Source of the DNA: Euprymna scolopes
Taxonomy: Eukaryota
Strand: one strand, 5' to 3'
Assembly (NCBI GenBank): GCA_053919585.1
Contig: CM132793.1
Length of the DNA: 64,000 nucleotides
The notes under the pieces are model-generated. The model saw nothing but the letters and a program-made list of their open reading frames with translations, did no database searches and had not been told where the DNA came from. Both the position numbers and the translations under genes were made by a program. Positions 11,460 through 25,739 of this stretch are shown in pieces. Numbering within the stretch: the first letter of the stretch is position 1; each line of letters starts with the position of its first letter.

Positions 11460-13175
11460 AGAATAAGTTGACTGCTCCCTTGCAAAGGGTAAAAATCCCT
11501 TCATAGAGCAACCAGTTAGTCGTGGGTTGCTACACGTAATGCTTCAGAGCGTGATACTGGTGATTGACCCCACCTAGACCTGGGTGAATAGAAGTCAAGG
11601 CACAGTAATACACCACTTTGGCTCTTTGGCTAGATGGACATCGAAGATACTCGATCCGACCAATCAGCCAGTCACGCCAAGTCCTGGCCCTCAAAATAAC
11701 TACCATAACAAAGATCAAAGGTAATTTATATTTTTCTTTGCTACCAAAAATAGGCAAACCAAGTGCTAAAATGCAATAGTAAGGTCAACCAATCAGACAA
11801 ACCAGACCTCAACATTACATCTGAAAATATGTATTTTTTGAGGACATAATAAACAACAAATAGGAAGTAATTGAGACTCCTTGCCAAAAGATATTCTCGA
11901 CGTAGTCCCGATATGATTAAGGCGAATGGGTTTCCCCACTTACCATGCCACAATTTTAAATTTCGAGCTGGGTTTGGAGCGTGGTTTATGAAAAATAAAC
12001 GCCAAATCCATGGCTGGGAAAATACTGGCACAAAAGCCGGATCAATCTCTATGCTGAGGAAACTTCCTACGATTTCTACCTATTTAATTAATAGAAAAGA
12101 GTTGGGCATCACCTTTGTTGACAAAAATATCAAAAAATAAGACTGAAATTTGCTCGTCGAAGTAATAAATCTCTACTGAATAATTTTCATGTGTATAAGT
12201 GCGAAGTTACTCCACATGAAAGACTTATCAGTTCAAAAACCGTGTGTCAAAGTTATGAGCTATCATTAGCAATAGGAAGAATTAAAAATAAGGGTGGTGA
12301 AACAAATCCGTATCAACATAAATGTACAATAACTTTCAACACACCAATAATACCTAAATAACTCAAAATCGGCTACGTAAAGGTAGATAAATACATTCCA
12401 CCTTGGTTAAGGCGTTTCAGCTGCCAAATAGCTAGTGCGGCAATACTGAACGAATCAATAAAAAAAACTGATTTTCAAAAAACAAAACATCAGTTTTCAG
12501 TGCTAGAATACATGTTCTACCTGTCAGTTAAGCCTCTAATAAGAGAGAATCCAAATTTATAATCATTTCAGACTACCAATCCAATTTAAAAGCTATCAAA
12601 AATAAGATGGCTAAGACACTAATCGCAAAATTACTCCACAAATTAACAGAATCAAACAGTCAAAAAGAAATTATGTTCTGGATACTGAGCCATTCTGGTA
12701 TCAAAAATGGCAAATTAGCGGATTCCGCAGCAAAAACTGCCATAGGTCTTCCAATTTATTCAAATTTAAAAATCCCATACAGATATCAAAACACAAATAC
12801 ATACACAACGGATAAAGGGCACATTTACTGGAATAAATGTCCTAGCAAACTACACAAAATGACATAACAATGGAAAACTAAAGTCAAACAAACAAGAAGT
12901 CAACTTATCTCTATATCTTGTCATACGCAACTTACAATAAAACGGAATTATTTAAATGCACTGATGGTGTAACAACGATGTATTAACACAAAGAACAAAT
13001 ATTTATTCCATAAAAACATAAAAGCATACTTTCATACATCCAAAAATTGTTTATCAAAGAAAAAAAATACAACTCACTTACACAACTAGAGCAGGTGGCT
13101 AAAGCTCCTTGAACCAATAGCCACTCGGCCTAAAATCAAGGATTGACATTCTGTAAAACCCAACAAAAAAAAAAT
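11460..13175 (+). mobile_element. I/Nimb-type LINE, internally deleted (5'UTR, ORF1 remnant, RNase H remnant, A-rich tail)
   Basis: ORF1-like EVTPH..ITFNTPIIPK*LKIGYVKVDKYIPP.LRRFSCQ (~12200-12430). RNase H-like FIIISDYQSNLKAI..FWILSHSGIKNGKLADSAAKTA (~12555-12745). Tail GTAAAACCCAACAAAAAAAAA. No EN/RT between them. Confidence 0.75.
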
Positions 13176-15399
13176 AATACAGTAGAACCTCAGGATGCGG
13201 CATTAAAAATTAGTAACAAAATACAGTACAGTATATAATGCACATGTATATGATAAAATAACATAACACCGTAAGGCACGACAAATGCCGTAACCAAAGT
13301 CCGGAAAGAAACAACGTATTTTACATTGTAACGTGAAAAAAAACGTATTCTGGGCCACTGTATCCCGGGATTTCATTGTATTTGAATGAAGAATTCGGTC
13401 ATATAACACCTGAAATCCCTATTTTAATAGTCGAAAAAAAACTTGATAAATATTTATAAATTTGTCAAAAAAAAATTAAAAATTCACGAAAGTCTGATAT
13501 ATTTAAATTTTTGGTAAAGTGTCAGTACTATATTTTTCACATTTGCGTAAAATAGGATTTAATCTATGTAATTCCATCTACAATTATGGCTAGCAGCTAT
13601 ATTTCAACATTTTTTATATTAATGCTTCGGAGTTAAGAATGGTGAGAAATCAGCTAATTTATGCAACGCATTATCGGTTACAGATAAAAAAAAACAAGCA
13701 TCAATGTGATAAAGATAATACCAGATGCAAATTTTCAACATTTACATTTGATGTGGAGATATGAAACAGTTTAGTGAATTTTGGTGTCCATTACATTTGC
13801 GCGATATCTTGTCATTATTCTGACATGATAGTGATTACTTCCGTTCCTCTCTCTCTTGTCAGTGTAAAACAACCCGACCTGTTCGCGCCATCTTTGTTTT
13901 CAATATGGCGATTGTGGCTTATTTTATTTGTTTTGGTTTAACGTTCTGTCCAATTCTGCGAACTCTGGTGTTTACATTGACGGCCAGTGGGAATTTTCAT
14001 GTCTCGGATTGCTTTGGCAACCAACGATTCAATATCCAAAGTTGTTTGAGGTCTAACATTGCCTGTTTCGTCCATTGAATAATTAGGTCAATAAAATGTT
14101 CGACTTGAAATTAACATGAAAATCTAAAGGTATAAAAAAAGCAATTTTAACTGCACTTGTTTCTTTGTAAATTTCTATTTTACATTTTTTCTAAAACATT
14201 CTACCAATAAGTACAGCCGAAACCCGGAATACAATAATAAACATTTAGCATCCTATTTGTAGAACATGTTTTCTTTTACTAGTTTATTTTCGATCCTTGA
14301 TTAACAGGCAAGATATATTCATGTGTGCGAATTGAAGACATTAATTGAAATCAATTTCGTTTTTTTTTTCTTTTTGTACGTCGTTAACGCACAAGGTAAC
14401 TCGATAAGCACGCCAAGAACACTACGGTTGTTGTCTTCGGTATTTTATTAACATGAATATTTTATCCAAATTACGTAAAAATACACGTATAGCACTCAAG
14501 ACAAAGTATGAAATCACTATATTTTAAAGGATAATTGCAGACGGTGTATATCCACAAATGAGCATATTGGCAATAGGAAAGCGGCCAGCACGAAGACTTT
14601 GTGGATTTTAAAATTGGAATATGTTACAGTAACAATATTACTATGGAAGTCTACTTCGAAAGTCTTAATCAAAACCAATAGACGAAAAAGTTTACGTCTG
14701 CTTTGTCACTTTAACTATAAATACAGTAACACCAACATATAATCATATTTTAGCAGTATTAATAGAATTACATTCATAAAGCTTATTTAAAATATCGCCT
14801 AATGTTTGTTCCAGCGTGCCATTTTTATTATTCGTGTGTTACCACTCGAGTAGAAAAGTTGGGAAAATTGTCTATTGACGCTAGACGGTAAAAAGAATTT
14901 AGACAAACTGCTAGACAGGAATATTTTTTAACATTGGATTTGAAAACTAGGTGGTAGTTAGCTAGGAAGTTTAGGAAAATGCTTTATAAATGTAAATTCT
15001 GGTTAAATTTAAAGTAGGGCATAAAGAAATTTATTTGGAGGGGTTTTCGAAAGCAGATTAAAAATTAAGAGGCGTGACAAGATAGTAGAGCTCAGTGGAG
15101 TATCTACCATGAAAAAAATATATTTCTAAAAAATATTTAAGTTTCAAAATTGGGTTTATACTTTTCGGATGTAACATTCGTATCGGACGCTTATGAAGAT
15201 GGGAGCTTGTGCCTGGAGTAAGATTTTCTTAATTTCTAGTGAATTAAGTAATGAATTACAAAAAAGGTCTTGAATCTCACTTTAATGTTATTTATAACCT
15301 GAACATTTTCAAATTATCAACTAAGATTACACATGAAGTAACATATGTAATTCTGACCATAGTAAGTCCGAGATGGGGCTGGTTTAAAGTTTGCAAAAT

Positions 15400-15910
15400 G
15401 ATCGCTATTTCGCGACCCCAAACCCGGAGTTACTTAACCGCTATTTGAAAAAAATACGACGCATTGGCCCTCTGATATGTTGGATTAGCCCCGAAAGGAA
15501 TCAACGACCCCCCACTGCATTCCGAAGAGACCCCCGTCTGCAGCATACCTCAAACAACCCCTTGACTTGGAAAGGTGCATATGTCGGCAAACACGTGTAA
15601 CAGATAAAGTGCTTACCGAGGTACTGCTAGAAACCTTCCTCGTCACGTAACACCTTAGAGGCAGTATAAGAAAACTACTGGCAGACAGGGAACACCGCAG
15701 AACATGGACGACGTCGGCACTCCTCAGAACTCCCTCAGATCAAATGGCGTGCACCAAATAACTAACATCTGGCCTAAGCCATGTTCAATATGTAACCAAG
15801 GGCCAGTAACCCACCACTTCTCCCAGTCACAATGTAAAATGGCAGTCAAAATCGCTTCAGGGTAGAACCGACCTTCTCGGATGTCTATCCCCTTTCAAGC
15901 ATTGGACAAT
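15400..15910 (+). mobile_element. Decayed non-LTR ORF2 C-terminal fragment (L1/Tx1-like zinc knuckle)
   Basis: GC-richer block reading WPKPCSICNQGPVTHHFSQSQC (CxxC..H..C) at ~15770-15835. Confidence 0.35.
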
Positions 15911-16354
15911 CCCTTATTTTTTCCAGATTAGCGCGAAGTAGGTGTTCATTCTTTGCCAAAGAAAGGAAAAAAAAACTAATGTATTCGATCGGCATGATTC
16001 TCTGAAGGTCTTGATATCTATACTAGCAATCATTTGATGAATTCTAATGTTTCCAATCAGTATGTCAGTATATGAAGACATGCAAAGTTGTCTGTTTGCA
16101 TCCGTATTATTTTGCTGCAAAAATTGACATAATAAAATTGTTCAACAGATTCACCTCTCACGTGTGTTATCTTTAGTTCGACAAATTTATGTTGAATCTG
16201 AGTGACCAGTTAATGATACTATACGTTGTCGAGAAAAGCGTTGCAAAATTCCCGCGAGAAAACTTATCCCCTCCCCGATCGAGATATACATGAAATTAAA
16301 CTATTTACTATTAAATTCTAATTTTCTCCTTTAGATGAAGCCAGTTATCTTGCA

Positions 16355-16390
<36 letters not shown>

Positions 16391-16708
16391 TGCCCGCCTG
16401 CTAACATAGAATTTTCAGGCCATTAATTTTCTCAATTGTGTCTATTGTCAGTAGCTTGGAGGTAATTGTGCTAGCCTAAGGAGTCAAAGTAAATAAAGAT
16501 GTGGAAAAATGTATTAGTGTTTAGAAAAATCGGGATACAAGGAACAGGTGTTACACAATGATGAGCTGCATATAATGTTTATCAAGAAATTAATGAATAA
16601 AAATTGAAATTTAACACAAAATTGTTAATATTACTTTACCGACCGTTTTAATTTTAAGATATGTCTTTTTATATGATGCCGAGTGATCTTATCTTTTTTA
16701 TTTATATA

Positions 16709-17345
16709 CTAGCCTTGGCGCACGGCGTGTCCGGGTGTTTGGAGGTGTGTTGAGCAAAAATATCTGGTAGTAGGCAGGCTTGAACCCGTACCGCGAAGTA
16801 GGAAAAGAACGTGAAAAAAAAAACGTGATGTCTTTGCTCTTGCGCCCATCGGCAAGCCGAAAGTGATGTAGGCTAATCAATCGAAAAGAGGATAGCTTTC
16901 GAAAACATCGGCGAAAAAAGCGTCCAGTTGAAGGGGTAAGTAATGTTTTTAGCCAATTTTTCAGTAAAGGAACCGAAGTTTGCGCAGCTGGGCAAACTTG
17001 AGACCTTGTACCGGAAACATATCCAGTAAATAAAACGTTGTTTAGCAAATTAACTTTTTGCATTCGTTTTTTTTTTCATTTCCATACACCAAACATGGAT
17101 ATACATATAAATATCACTGGGTCATAAGCTTCATTTCGGTACCTTACTTGCCTGTGTGGATTGCCTGTAGGCTGAGATAAACCGCACCAAACACAGACAC
17201 TAGGAAAATTTACAAGATTTCTCGTCCGAAGGGTCAGTTTCACGATACAGATCTCGTGAAAATCCGTCACCTCTGTCGAAAGTTTTATGCGGAGAAACAC
17301 ATACATACGCGTACATACACACCCACCCACACACACATACATTTA
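16709..17345 (-). mobile_element. Non-autonomous Helitron/DINE-like element, copy A
   Basis: Minus end has a GC hairpin (CCCGGACACGCCG..) then CTAG|T. Collinear blocks shared with 35470-35895. (CA/TA) microsatellite near the 5' end. Confidence 0.65.
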
Positions 17346-18329
17346 AACAGACAGGTGAGATTTATATTATCGATTATATTGGACGCAATGTATAGTAATT
17401 TTAAAAATTCAAGAAACTCGTGCACCTTCACCGAGAATCGAAACCAAAACGTTCAGCTCACAATTTATTTTTGCCTGTGCCGCCGATGACTGGGATATGA
17501 AAATATATTTACTGCAAGGCTAAAAGTTAAAACCTGAACCAGTAGCTACTACGTTGTGCGTTCCTAATGCTGGCATTCGACCTCCACCATGCAAATTTAA
17601 TTTTTAAATTTTCACTTTTTCACCAATCGTTCCGGGTTAAAACCCAAATATAAAGTTCCCCATGGATTCAAATACGTTATGTATGAAGTTTTAGATAAAA
17701 AAATATAGGAGTTTGGTAGGCAAAATTTTATAAATAAAATATATATATACGTATACAGAAATATATGTATGGAAACAATTTTGTTTACTATAAACGTTTA
17801 GGCAAATATTACGCAAGTATAAATCATAAAATATCTTCATGGATATAATTACACGTAATAGTTAATGATCATCCCATGAGGAAAGCGAAAAGATTAATAG
17901 GAAATTAAAATGATGGCTTAAAAGAATATGCAAATCAGCTAGATATGTTGCTAGTGAATTCACTTTCACGATCCATATAAGAAAATTGTATTTTCTTTTA
18001 AAATAAAAGGGTATTAATATGAATATCGAAAGGCACACACACAAACCGTCTTTATAGGTGTATAGACTGCTGTAAACGCTACAGATATTGAATTTGGATC
18101 TTTTATGAAATGTTTTTAATTGGAAAGTTCACGGAGGGTAACATTGGAGACAAGATGAAATTCATAATTTTAACCTAATTATAAATGTTCAATTATCAAC
18201 GTAATTTTCATTTTATATTTATATTTAAACTTATAAAGCATAGTAAATTTCGATACTTTGTATATTTTCTAACTACCTTGCTTGGTCGTAAAATACTTTA
18301 ATCCATGCAGATTTTGTATTACAAAGTCC

Positions 18330-19092
18330 ATTCTCTAATCCAATACCAAGCTTCTATCTTTATATCATCAACGTTCTGATTCCCATCTGGCAGCAATTGA
18401 AATCGATGGCTCTCGTCTTGCGGAGGCTCAATGTTTTGACAAGCTTCTTGGTTTGACCTTTACTCCTAATCTGAAATGGAACACGTACATCAAGTCTGTT
18501 GCCAAGGACGCTGAGAAAATGGTGGGATCCTTCTACCGCTCCAGAAAATATCTCACTACTGATGAAATTATCTATCTGTATAAAAGTCAAGTACGTCCAA
18601 GGATGGAGTACTGCTGCCACATCTGGGCAGGAGTTGCTAAAATCAGCATATCCTGCCTTGACAGAGTACAAAATAGACTTCGTATCTTAGTGGGGGGATG
18701 CCCTTTTCTCTTCCCTGCAGCCTCTCACAGAAGAGACATTGCGAGCCTGCCTTTTTTTAGCGTAATTTCCATGGCAAGTGCTGGTCTGAGCTCCAATCTC
18801 TGATCCGCCCTCGCCAATCTTTCACGAAAAACACCCGTCTAGCAGAAACTCTCATTAATTTTCCTCACTCTTTATCTATGCCTTAATACAAACGTAGATT
18901 CCATGACCAGAGCTTTCTTAGAAGTGCACGATTGTGGAGCTCTCTTCCGTTTGCCTGTTTCCCACCTGACTATCAAATCAATACTCATGATTACTACGAT
19001 ACTATCCCATTGGTTACTGTACACGCAATAACCCTTATCACCGAGTGGCTTCCGGGCCTTGATAAGTGGTAACCTCCATGTAAAAAGAAAAA
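18330..19092 (+). mobile_element. CR1/L2-group LINE 3' fragment, family 2
   Basis: ORF 18453-18803 has VRPRMEYCCHIWAG..SHRRDIASL. 3'UTR ends ...CCTTGATAAGTGGTAACCTCCATGTAAAAAG. Confidence 0.9.
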
Positions 19093-19699
19093 AACTATAT
19101 TAACGATTACAAAAAATTAAAGAATGAAGTTGTTCCATCAGCTAGAATCGAAGCCCTTTAGCGCTTCAGTCGCATTCCTAGCAGCTTGAGATATCAACAT
19201 ATTTAAAAACTTAAAATTTAATCACTTCAATGAACAATTTGGCGCATGCGCAAAATGTATTAGAAATATGTCGACAAGTTGTAATCAATATTTTTCATTT
19301 CAACTTGCTCATATTTCTGTACGCGTTATTCATCCATCCAAACAGGTATTTTTCTCCATGTAAACCATTCCTGGCGTATGATTATTTACTGTTAATCAGC
19401 CTTATGTAACTAGGTTAAATATTTTCACACACCTGCATAAATGTTTTATTCATACTGATTACGACGCAGTGCTAATTTTGATATAAGACTTACAAGATAT
19501 TTTCGCCTAATTATAATCTACTATTGCTTGACTAATAACACGAATAGTGGGTCACTAATTTCGAATAAGAAAAATCAAAATACAGGAAATTTGTATGAAG
19601 ATCGATCAACTGAAATATCTACAGATTGACAGAAGGGCCGAGAAATGTGAAAATTTTTAATTTTATCAAGAGACAAAATATAGTACGGATTTAAAAATT

Positions 19700-20320
19700 A
19701 GGATATAGCACCTGTCAGATTTTTGTGGCTTTGGTTTATCCTATGCCGACACCATTTCTATTTCTTATTTCTTTTAATAAACACTTGCTCTTCAGACTAC
19801 GGTTTATTTACTTCTGGTGTTATCGACAAAGCCAACCATCCTCCTAAGGACTTGGCATGGCTTCATTACCACATTATTTCTGTTATTTATAAATTAGATG
19901 AGTATTGCTTGAACAGCTAATTCAAGTGTTTGTGGGCCTCGTGCAAAGTCAGTTATAATGCAATACTGAGCGATTTCCGGGACAAAACTTCATGGCATAA
20001 GGATCAGGAATAATTGTTCAATAAAGATTAATGAATGAAAACAGAACATGGATAATTTACATATCCGCTGCATTTATTGATACCGAAACTCCAATCATCT
20101 TCAAACAATCATATATGCTAGTAATAATTTCTTAGTATATTTTTCTAGCATATATACTTTCCACCTCAATACTTACCGTTTAAAATAGCTTTTCTAGATT
20201 TTCTGATCTCCAGTAAACGAATATCCCGTGTTAATCTGCGGCAGACAAGTTTTCCGGATATTATTTTTCCCAGCGAATTTCAGTGACCGACATTATTTTC
20301 GATTGTGATTGCTTTTCTTT
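19700..20320 (-). mobile_element. Decayed Penelope-like element ORF remnant (RT thumb/GIY-YIG C-terminus)
   Basis: Broken minus frames resemble PLE C-terminal motifs (DNTRSK..EEQVFI, ..CRHR). Many stops and frameshifts. Confidence 0.35.
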
Positions 20321-20324
20321 CGTT

Positions 20325-20552
20325 TGTGTGTTTCCCACCTGACTACAACTTGGATGTCTTCAAGCCCAACATAAACAAGTTCCTGATTAACCGCCCCCTA
20401 AAGTAAGACACTTTATCAGATCTCCATTAGCAGCGATAACTACGATATTATCCCATATTATTCTGTACACGCAATAACCCTTATCCTCGAGTGGCCTCCT
20501 GGCATTGATTTCATGTTTCAGCGACTTAATTGTAAAAAAAAAAAAAAAAAAA
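20325..20552 (+). mobile_element. CR1/L2 family-2 3' end with poly(A)
   Basis: TTTCCCACCTGACTAC..CTGTACACGCAATAACCCTTATC..GAGTGGC as at 18958-19090, followed by an A-run. Confidence 0.85.
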
Positions 20553-23500
20553 TATTTCATTAGTCATTATATATTGACACTGGCTTAAGAGAACATATGC
20601 TTAACTATCCTCTAATGGAGTATGTAATGCACGGTAAGATACCAAAATAGAACCAGTATTACTTAGAATAGAAAATATGGCTAATGAAAACGGTATAATT
20701 CCCATAGAATATGCTACTCTGCCGTTCACACTGTAAAAAAATAAAATAAAAACGAGGTAATGTAATTCCGTAATCGCTAATGACATCGCTTTTTGTTCCA
20801 CGTTAATCCCGAATTCCGAGGTAAATTCTTGAGAAGTGATTCAAGTACAATTAGAGGAAGTGAATCTTTTTCAGAGACAATATAGGAAGACTATAACGAA
20901 ATGCAAGAAATAGAGTAACGTCTAATTTCGATAGAAAACTAGTAAGAGTGTAAAGAATATAAATGGGCAGAGTAATGGAATTAAAGAATTAAATAGGCAT
21001 ATAAAATGCAAATAAAATATGTGGCATGCTTTTAACTTATCGATTTAATGTATTCCGTTTGAAAGGGGGAAAATAATACGAAAGAAATAACATTTCATTA
21101 TGTAGATTCGTCTTACAAAAACTTTCGGTTCTATTACACCGAAACACATTGCACATGAATAACGGCTCCTTATAAATGATACATTAAACATTTTTATTCC
21201 CTCTGATCCCATTGCAATTTTCTACTTTTACAAAATATTAAAGGGGTTCTTTTCTATCTGGACAGACAATGGGTACTCTACGTAAAGTCCTTTTCGGACA
21301 TTTTTATAAATCAATCTGTAGCCGCATCTCGACTAAGGGACATGACTTTAATCTTGTTGCAAGATTAATTTTTGAGCAAATGTCATAAGCATAGGAAAAA
21401 AAACGATTTTTAACTAGCTTTTGTTACGAGTAAGTTTTAAGTATTGACTACCTTAATATTTTGTGTATCAAAATAAGTACATATTAATCTTTAGTGTTAG
21501 TACTGAAAGCGATATAGATATTGATCCTTACTCGCAGATAGGATTCAAGATAACTATAGCCAATTACATAGAGCGATACCGAATTCATTCAACCAATCAA
21601 AACTGCTATCTTAGATAAGAATGCATTTTGTTTTATAGCATATCATGTCCTTATGTCATGTTATTTCGAAAAAGTGTGATTACATTATGGTGCATTTTGT
21701 AGAGGGTCTGTAAACAATTAAATTCTATTTCACCCATATGTGATATTAGTGTTATGGAAATTAGTGTATACTAAGTGACTAAACCTTCCCAAGTACTCTC
21801 AAATAACTAGCCAACATCCACGTGTACATTTGGAAATGGCTTGAATTTGATACATCGCAACTAGTTACGCAGATAAAAAGATCGTAACAACTAAGAAATT
21901 TCGGGATTTGAGGCAGATTTATTATACAAGATGCCCAAAGCAATGAAACTTCCTTCAGTAGAATACATCTTAATAAAGTGGTTCATTTTTTTTTGTTTTG
22001 TAAAAAATCTAATGCTGATATACAAGATTTATGTGAACTGATTGACGTTTTCTAAATACTTGGTATTAATTTGACTATGGTTTGTAAGGCATGGCTTAAA
22101 AGTACCGCAGTATAAGAGAAAAAGAATTACGAACAAGAATATAAGAATGAATGAAATTGGTAAAGAGAAAATTGATCAAAAAGAAAAGGCGGGTGTATAT
22201 ATAAGAGAATTTATCAACAAAAATGAAAAAGGCTTACTTGGACAAGAAAAAAAACAAAGATTGTGGGTAAACATCTTATAAGGATTTTGAGGATGCAAAA
22301 AAATAGGGAGAAAGACATGCAGTATTAAATGAAAAACAAAAGACGCAAAGACCCAACTATAAAAATCTTGATAAAAAAATCCTTACTAGGTTGATACAGG
22401 CCGAATGCATGTATATGAAAATAAAGAGAAATAAAGATATCACAAAGAAGAATAAATACGAAGAAGAAAACGATAATGAAAAACAATGAATATCAGAAAA
22501 GGAACGTAAAATGAATAGGGGTAAAGAGATAAAAAAAATAGGAAACTTGATAGATCGAGAAAGGACACCGATGGAAAGAAGGGACAAATTAGATGGGAGT
22601 GATTGCCGATTGATTGTGTCAGATGACGCTCTAGAAGTACAAAGGGAGGTTTAAATAAGGCAATTTACCATGAAATCCTTGCCAGCGAAATAAATGGAGG
22701 AATAATGCGCATATTTCTGATTCGTAATTTGAAATGTTTTCTTAGATCGGATGGATGAGAGAAAAACAAAGAACCTAACATGTAGTCAGATAAACCAATA
22801 AATCGATTTTTTGAGGAATTGATGGAAACTCGAATGGGTTGGATAATGAGAACAAAGATGAACAGATATGAAAAATAAAACGTCCGTATGTTAAAATGCG
22901 AACACAACCCAAATTAACGATTCTATTTTATCTTATGATAGTAAATGAATTTTGATTAGTTGTGTAGTGTTACTACGGATCTTAAAACGATTTATGTGGG
23001 AAGCTGCTCACTTGCACACATTTTAATAAGTAATTGTATTGGTTGATCATGGTAAATTAAATCGCTTTATATCAACCAGTTTAGGCATTTAATGCTCTCC
23101 AATAACTTTAGAAAACATGCTTAAAGTTTAATTCTTCAAAGATTTAAGTTTTGCTGTACCGTTTATTAAAGAGAAAAAGTAAATTTATCTACGGAGCTAG
23201 ATACATGATCCGCATGAATTAGTCATACATTTCACTAGAAAGCAAATTCTATAAATAATTTAGACTTTTGGGCTTCGACTGTTTTTGAATGACGGAGTTA
23301 AATCTTTTTTCTCTTACAGTTCTCGTTAATTGCCTGGCTCGTGTGGTATTCTGACAGCTTATACACAGCACTCCTTTTAGATATTAGTACCCAAATGCCT
23401 TATAAACTGGGATGCATTTCTGAACATGTTCATTAACCAGCTTTCCAAAATGTAATGATAATGTCTTTTTGAGGTAATTTTTTTAATCAACGGGACTAGA

Positions 23501-24251
23501 AATAAACATTACAAAGTGAAAATCAGTTTTCAGCCGGGCCGACAGAAAAAAGTCAGCTTAATACCTGACTTATGACAAATTAAATATTAAAGTATAACTC
23601 CGGTTGATGAGGCATGTCGATGTAATTACATCGCACTGGTATCTATGTTATATAGAACGGGGTGGTTTCATAAAAATTACGGGGCAATAAAAAATTTAGT
23701 TATATGGCAAAATTGTATAACTTAACTGTTTAACAGTGGCTATATACCCCCACTCATTTTAATTCTATTTCAATTGCTTACTTTTTGTATGGGACAGAAG
23801 ACGGCGCCCATAACAATTATCCTAAGCTATCAAACTGCTGATTCCAAGCAGCAAGACTAGAACAAATACATAGCAAATGACTTAAGTTGAAGTTAACTAA
23901 GCTTGATACATTTTTCACTTAGTTCCCTCTATCTCACCGTTTCTAACACTTGATTCAACAACTTCCTAATACTTAATCATGGAATTTAAGGACGCCCGGT
24001 TTTATAAAAAGCTTAAAATGTCAAAAAATAAAGCTAGAGAAACGGCAAAAATAAATGAAAGTGAGCGAGTAATGGTGAAAAGATCATTGCATTTTCTAAA
24101 AAATTGGAAATTCAATAAGTATAAAATATTCGTTATGTGCAGGTGTCTAACATATTTAACCGATAGACTTTAAAACTAGTGGTCACATTACACTAAAAGA
24201 GGAAATTCAAATCCTGCACAAACGAGTGCAATCTGTTCGGATTAAATACTG

Positions 24252-24320
24252 CGTACAAAAAATTCGTCAGCAAGTTGAAATGCAAAATGTTTCAACTTGC
24301 TAAGACGAATTTGTGCGTAT
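24252..24320. repeat. Imperfect palindrome, probable MITE centre
   Basis: AATTCGTCAGCAAGTTGAAA..TTTCAACTTGCTAAGACGAATT. Related CAAGTTG..TTTCAACTTGC at 19275-19310. Confidence 0.6.
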
Positions 24321-24669
24321 GCCGAAAGTCATTCATGGCTTAAAATAGTTTGATTAAATCTTATCTCTTGATAAAGCAAACGGTAGAGAACGCGACTGGG
24401 GCGCTAAATGTTTTTGTTCTGATGGGACCCAACATATTTTAGCGTTTGAAAGCAGTACAATATATTAAGTCAATATAATATCCAGTAGAGAATTGACTCT
24501 GTAATAATAAATACGGAATCTGCATGACCTAAAATGTATTTAAATGTATCTTGACTGGGCAAGGCCGGGCTCGCCTCCCTCGCCTATCATAAAAACTTAT
24601 TCTTATAAATATTATATACTAGAAATATGTAAAAACTCTGGTTCAGGTTATTCCTGTAAAACAAAATAT

Positions 24670-24850
24670 GGTACTCAGGCAGAGTGATCCGTACTGAAAT
24701 AATAACGTTATTTAGAAAGACATTCTTAACATGGCGAGGGTGTTTTGTACCTATTATGTATTTAACCTGACAATTGAATAAAATAAAAAATGTAATTAAG
24801 CGTGGAAATACGATTTAAAAATAGCGCGGGTCACTCTCTGTATTAGCACG
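24670..24850 (+). mobile_element. Merlin-like MITE, copy 2
   Basis: Homologous to 761-933. Perfect 8-bp TSD CAAAATAT at 24662-24669 and 24851-24858. Confidence 0.8.
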
Positions 24851-25342
24851 CAAAATATGCTGAGGAAACTGACCAGTAACAAGTTACAGACGACGTTGCC
24901 TCTCCTTATATCGTAAATAGGTTCTAAGCGGGATTATCAGGTTCCATGGAAATAGCAATATCCTTGTTCCGCATAAGCAAGCAATGTTTTTGCTAATCAG
25001 TTTATATACATGCACAGTGGGGCAGGTCGATTTTGGAACTCCGGCGAGGCAAATGAATTAATACAATAAATATTAAGTGTAAAGGCAAAATTATGTTTTT
25101 TAAGTAATAACGACCAAAGTTCGCTTTTTCATTTCAGGAACTTTTTGGGTGAAAACATTTTAGATTTCACCGTCGCAAAACACGCTCGTTATTGATATTG
25201 AAAATTAACGTTTGTTTATTATTTAATTTGAAAACATTACGATTTAGGTTTATTATTTCGAAAGGAAAAACGAAAGACTTGTTTAAAATATATACAGTGA
25301 ATTTAAACATATTCGTTTTATCTTTTTTAATTTGTTTTTCTA

Positions 25343-25415
25343 TTAGGTTGGTGCAAAATAATTGCATTTCTTGGACGGTAAAACGAACGTCAAAAACATT
25401 TTTGCACTAACCTAA
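25343..25415. mobile_element. 73-bp mariner MITE (MADE1/Hsmar1-type TIRs)
   Basis: TA|TTAGGTTGGTGCAAAA..TTTTGCACTAACCTAA|TA, with TA TSD. Confidence 0.85.
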
Positions 25416-25739
25416 TATTTCACATAAAATTCTATTTGGAATTTTAAAATATAGCAATACCCCAGTTTAATATAAACAAAACCAAACAAATATTCCATAC
25501 AATTTTATTCTACACATTCTTTTCGAGACATAACCACGTAAATTTTCAAGTTTTTCTACTTAATAAAAATTTTTTGCAGGAAATTAGTGTCAAATTTTAA
25601 TTTCTTTTATTTTTAGGGAGTAATTGATTTTAAGCGGAGTTTTTCTAAAAGTAGTTTTAAAATCAGATAACCTACAAAGATTAATAAGAGTAAATAAGGA
25701 AACTCCTTTAAAGGTTTTTCGTTATTTGTGCATCTGTTA

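Noticed and set aside
20790-22900. Purine-rich blocks (also 31200-31870, 32570-34400, 38880-39110) resembling old RTE-type LINEs
   Set aside because: Only faint motif traces (e.g. KYLGS). Too decayed to delimit or classify by eye.
23320-23473. Segment with strong acceptor and donor
   Set aside because: Stops occur in all three frames before the donor. It could only be non-coding or terminal, and has no other support.
25013-25055. CACAGTGG Transib/RSS-like terminus
   Set aside because: No matching inverted end or TSD found nearby.
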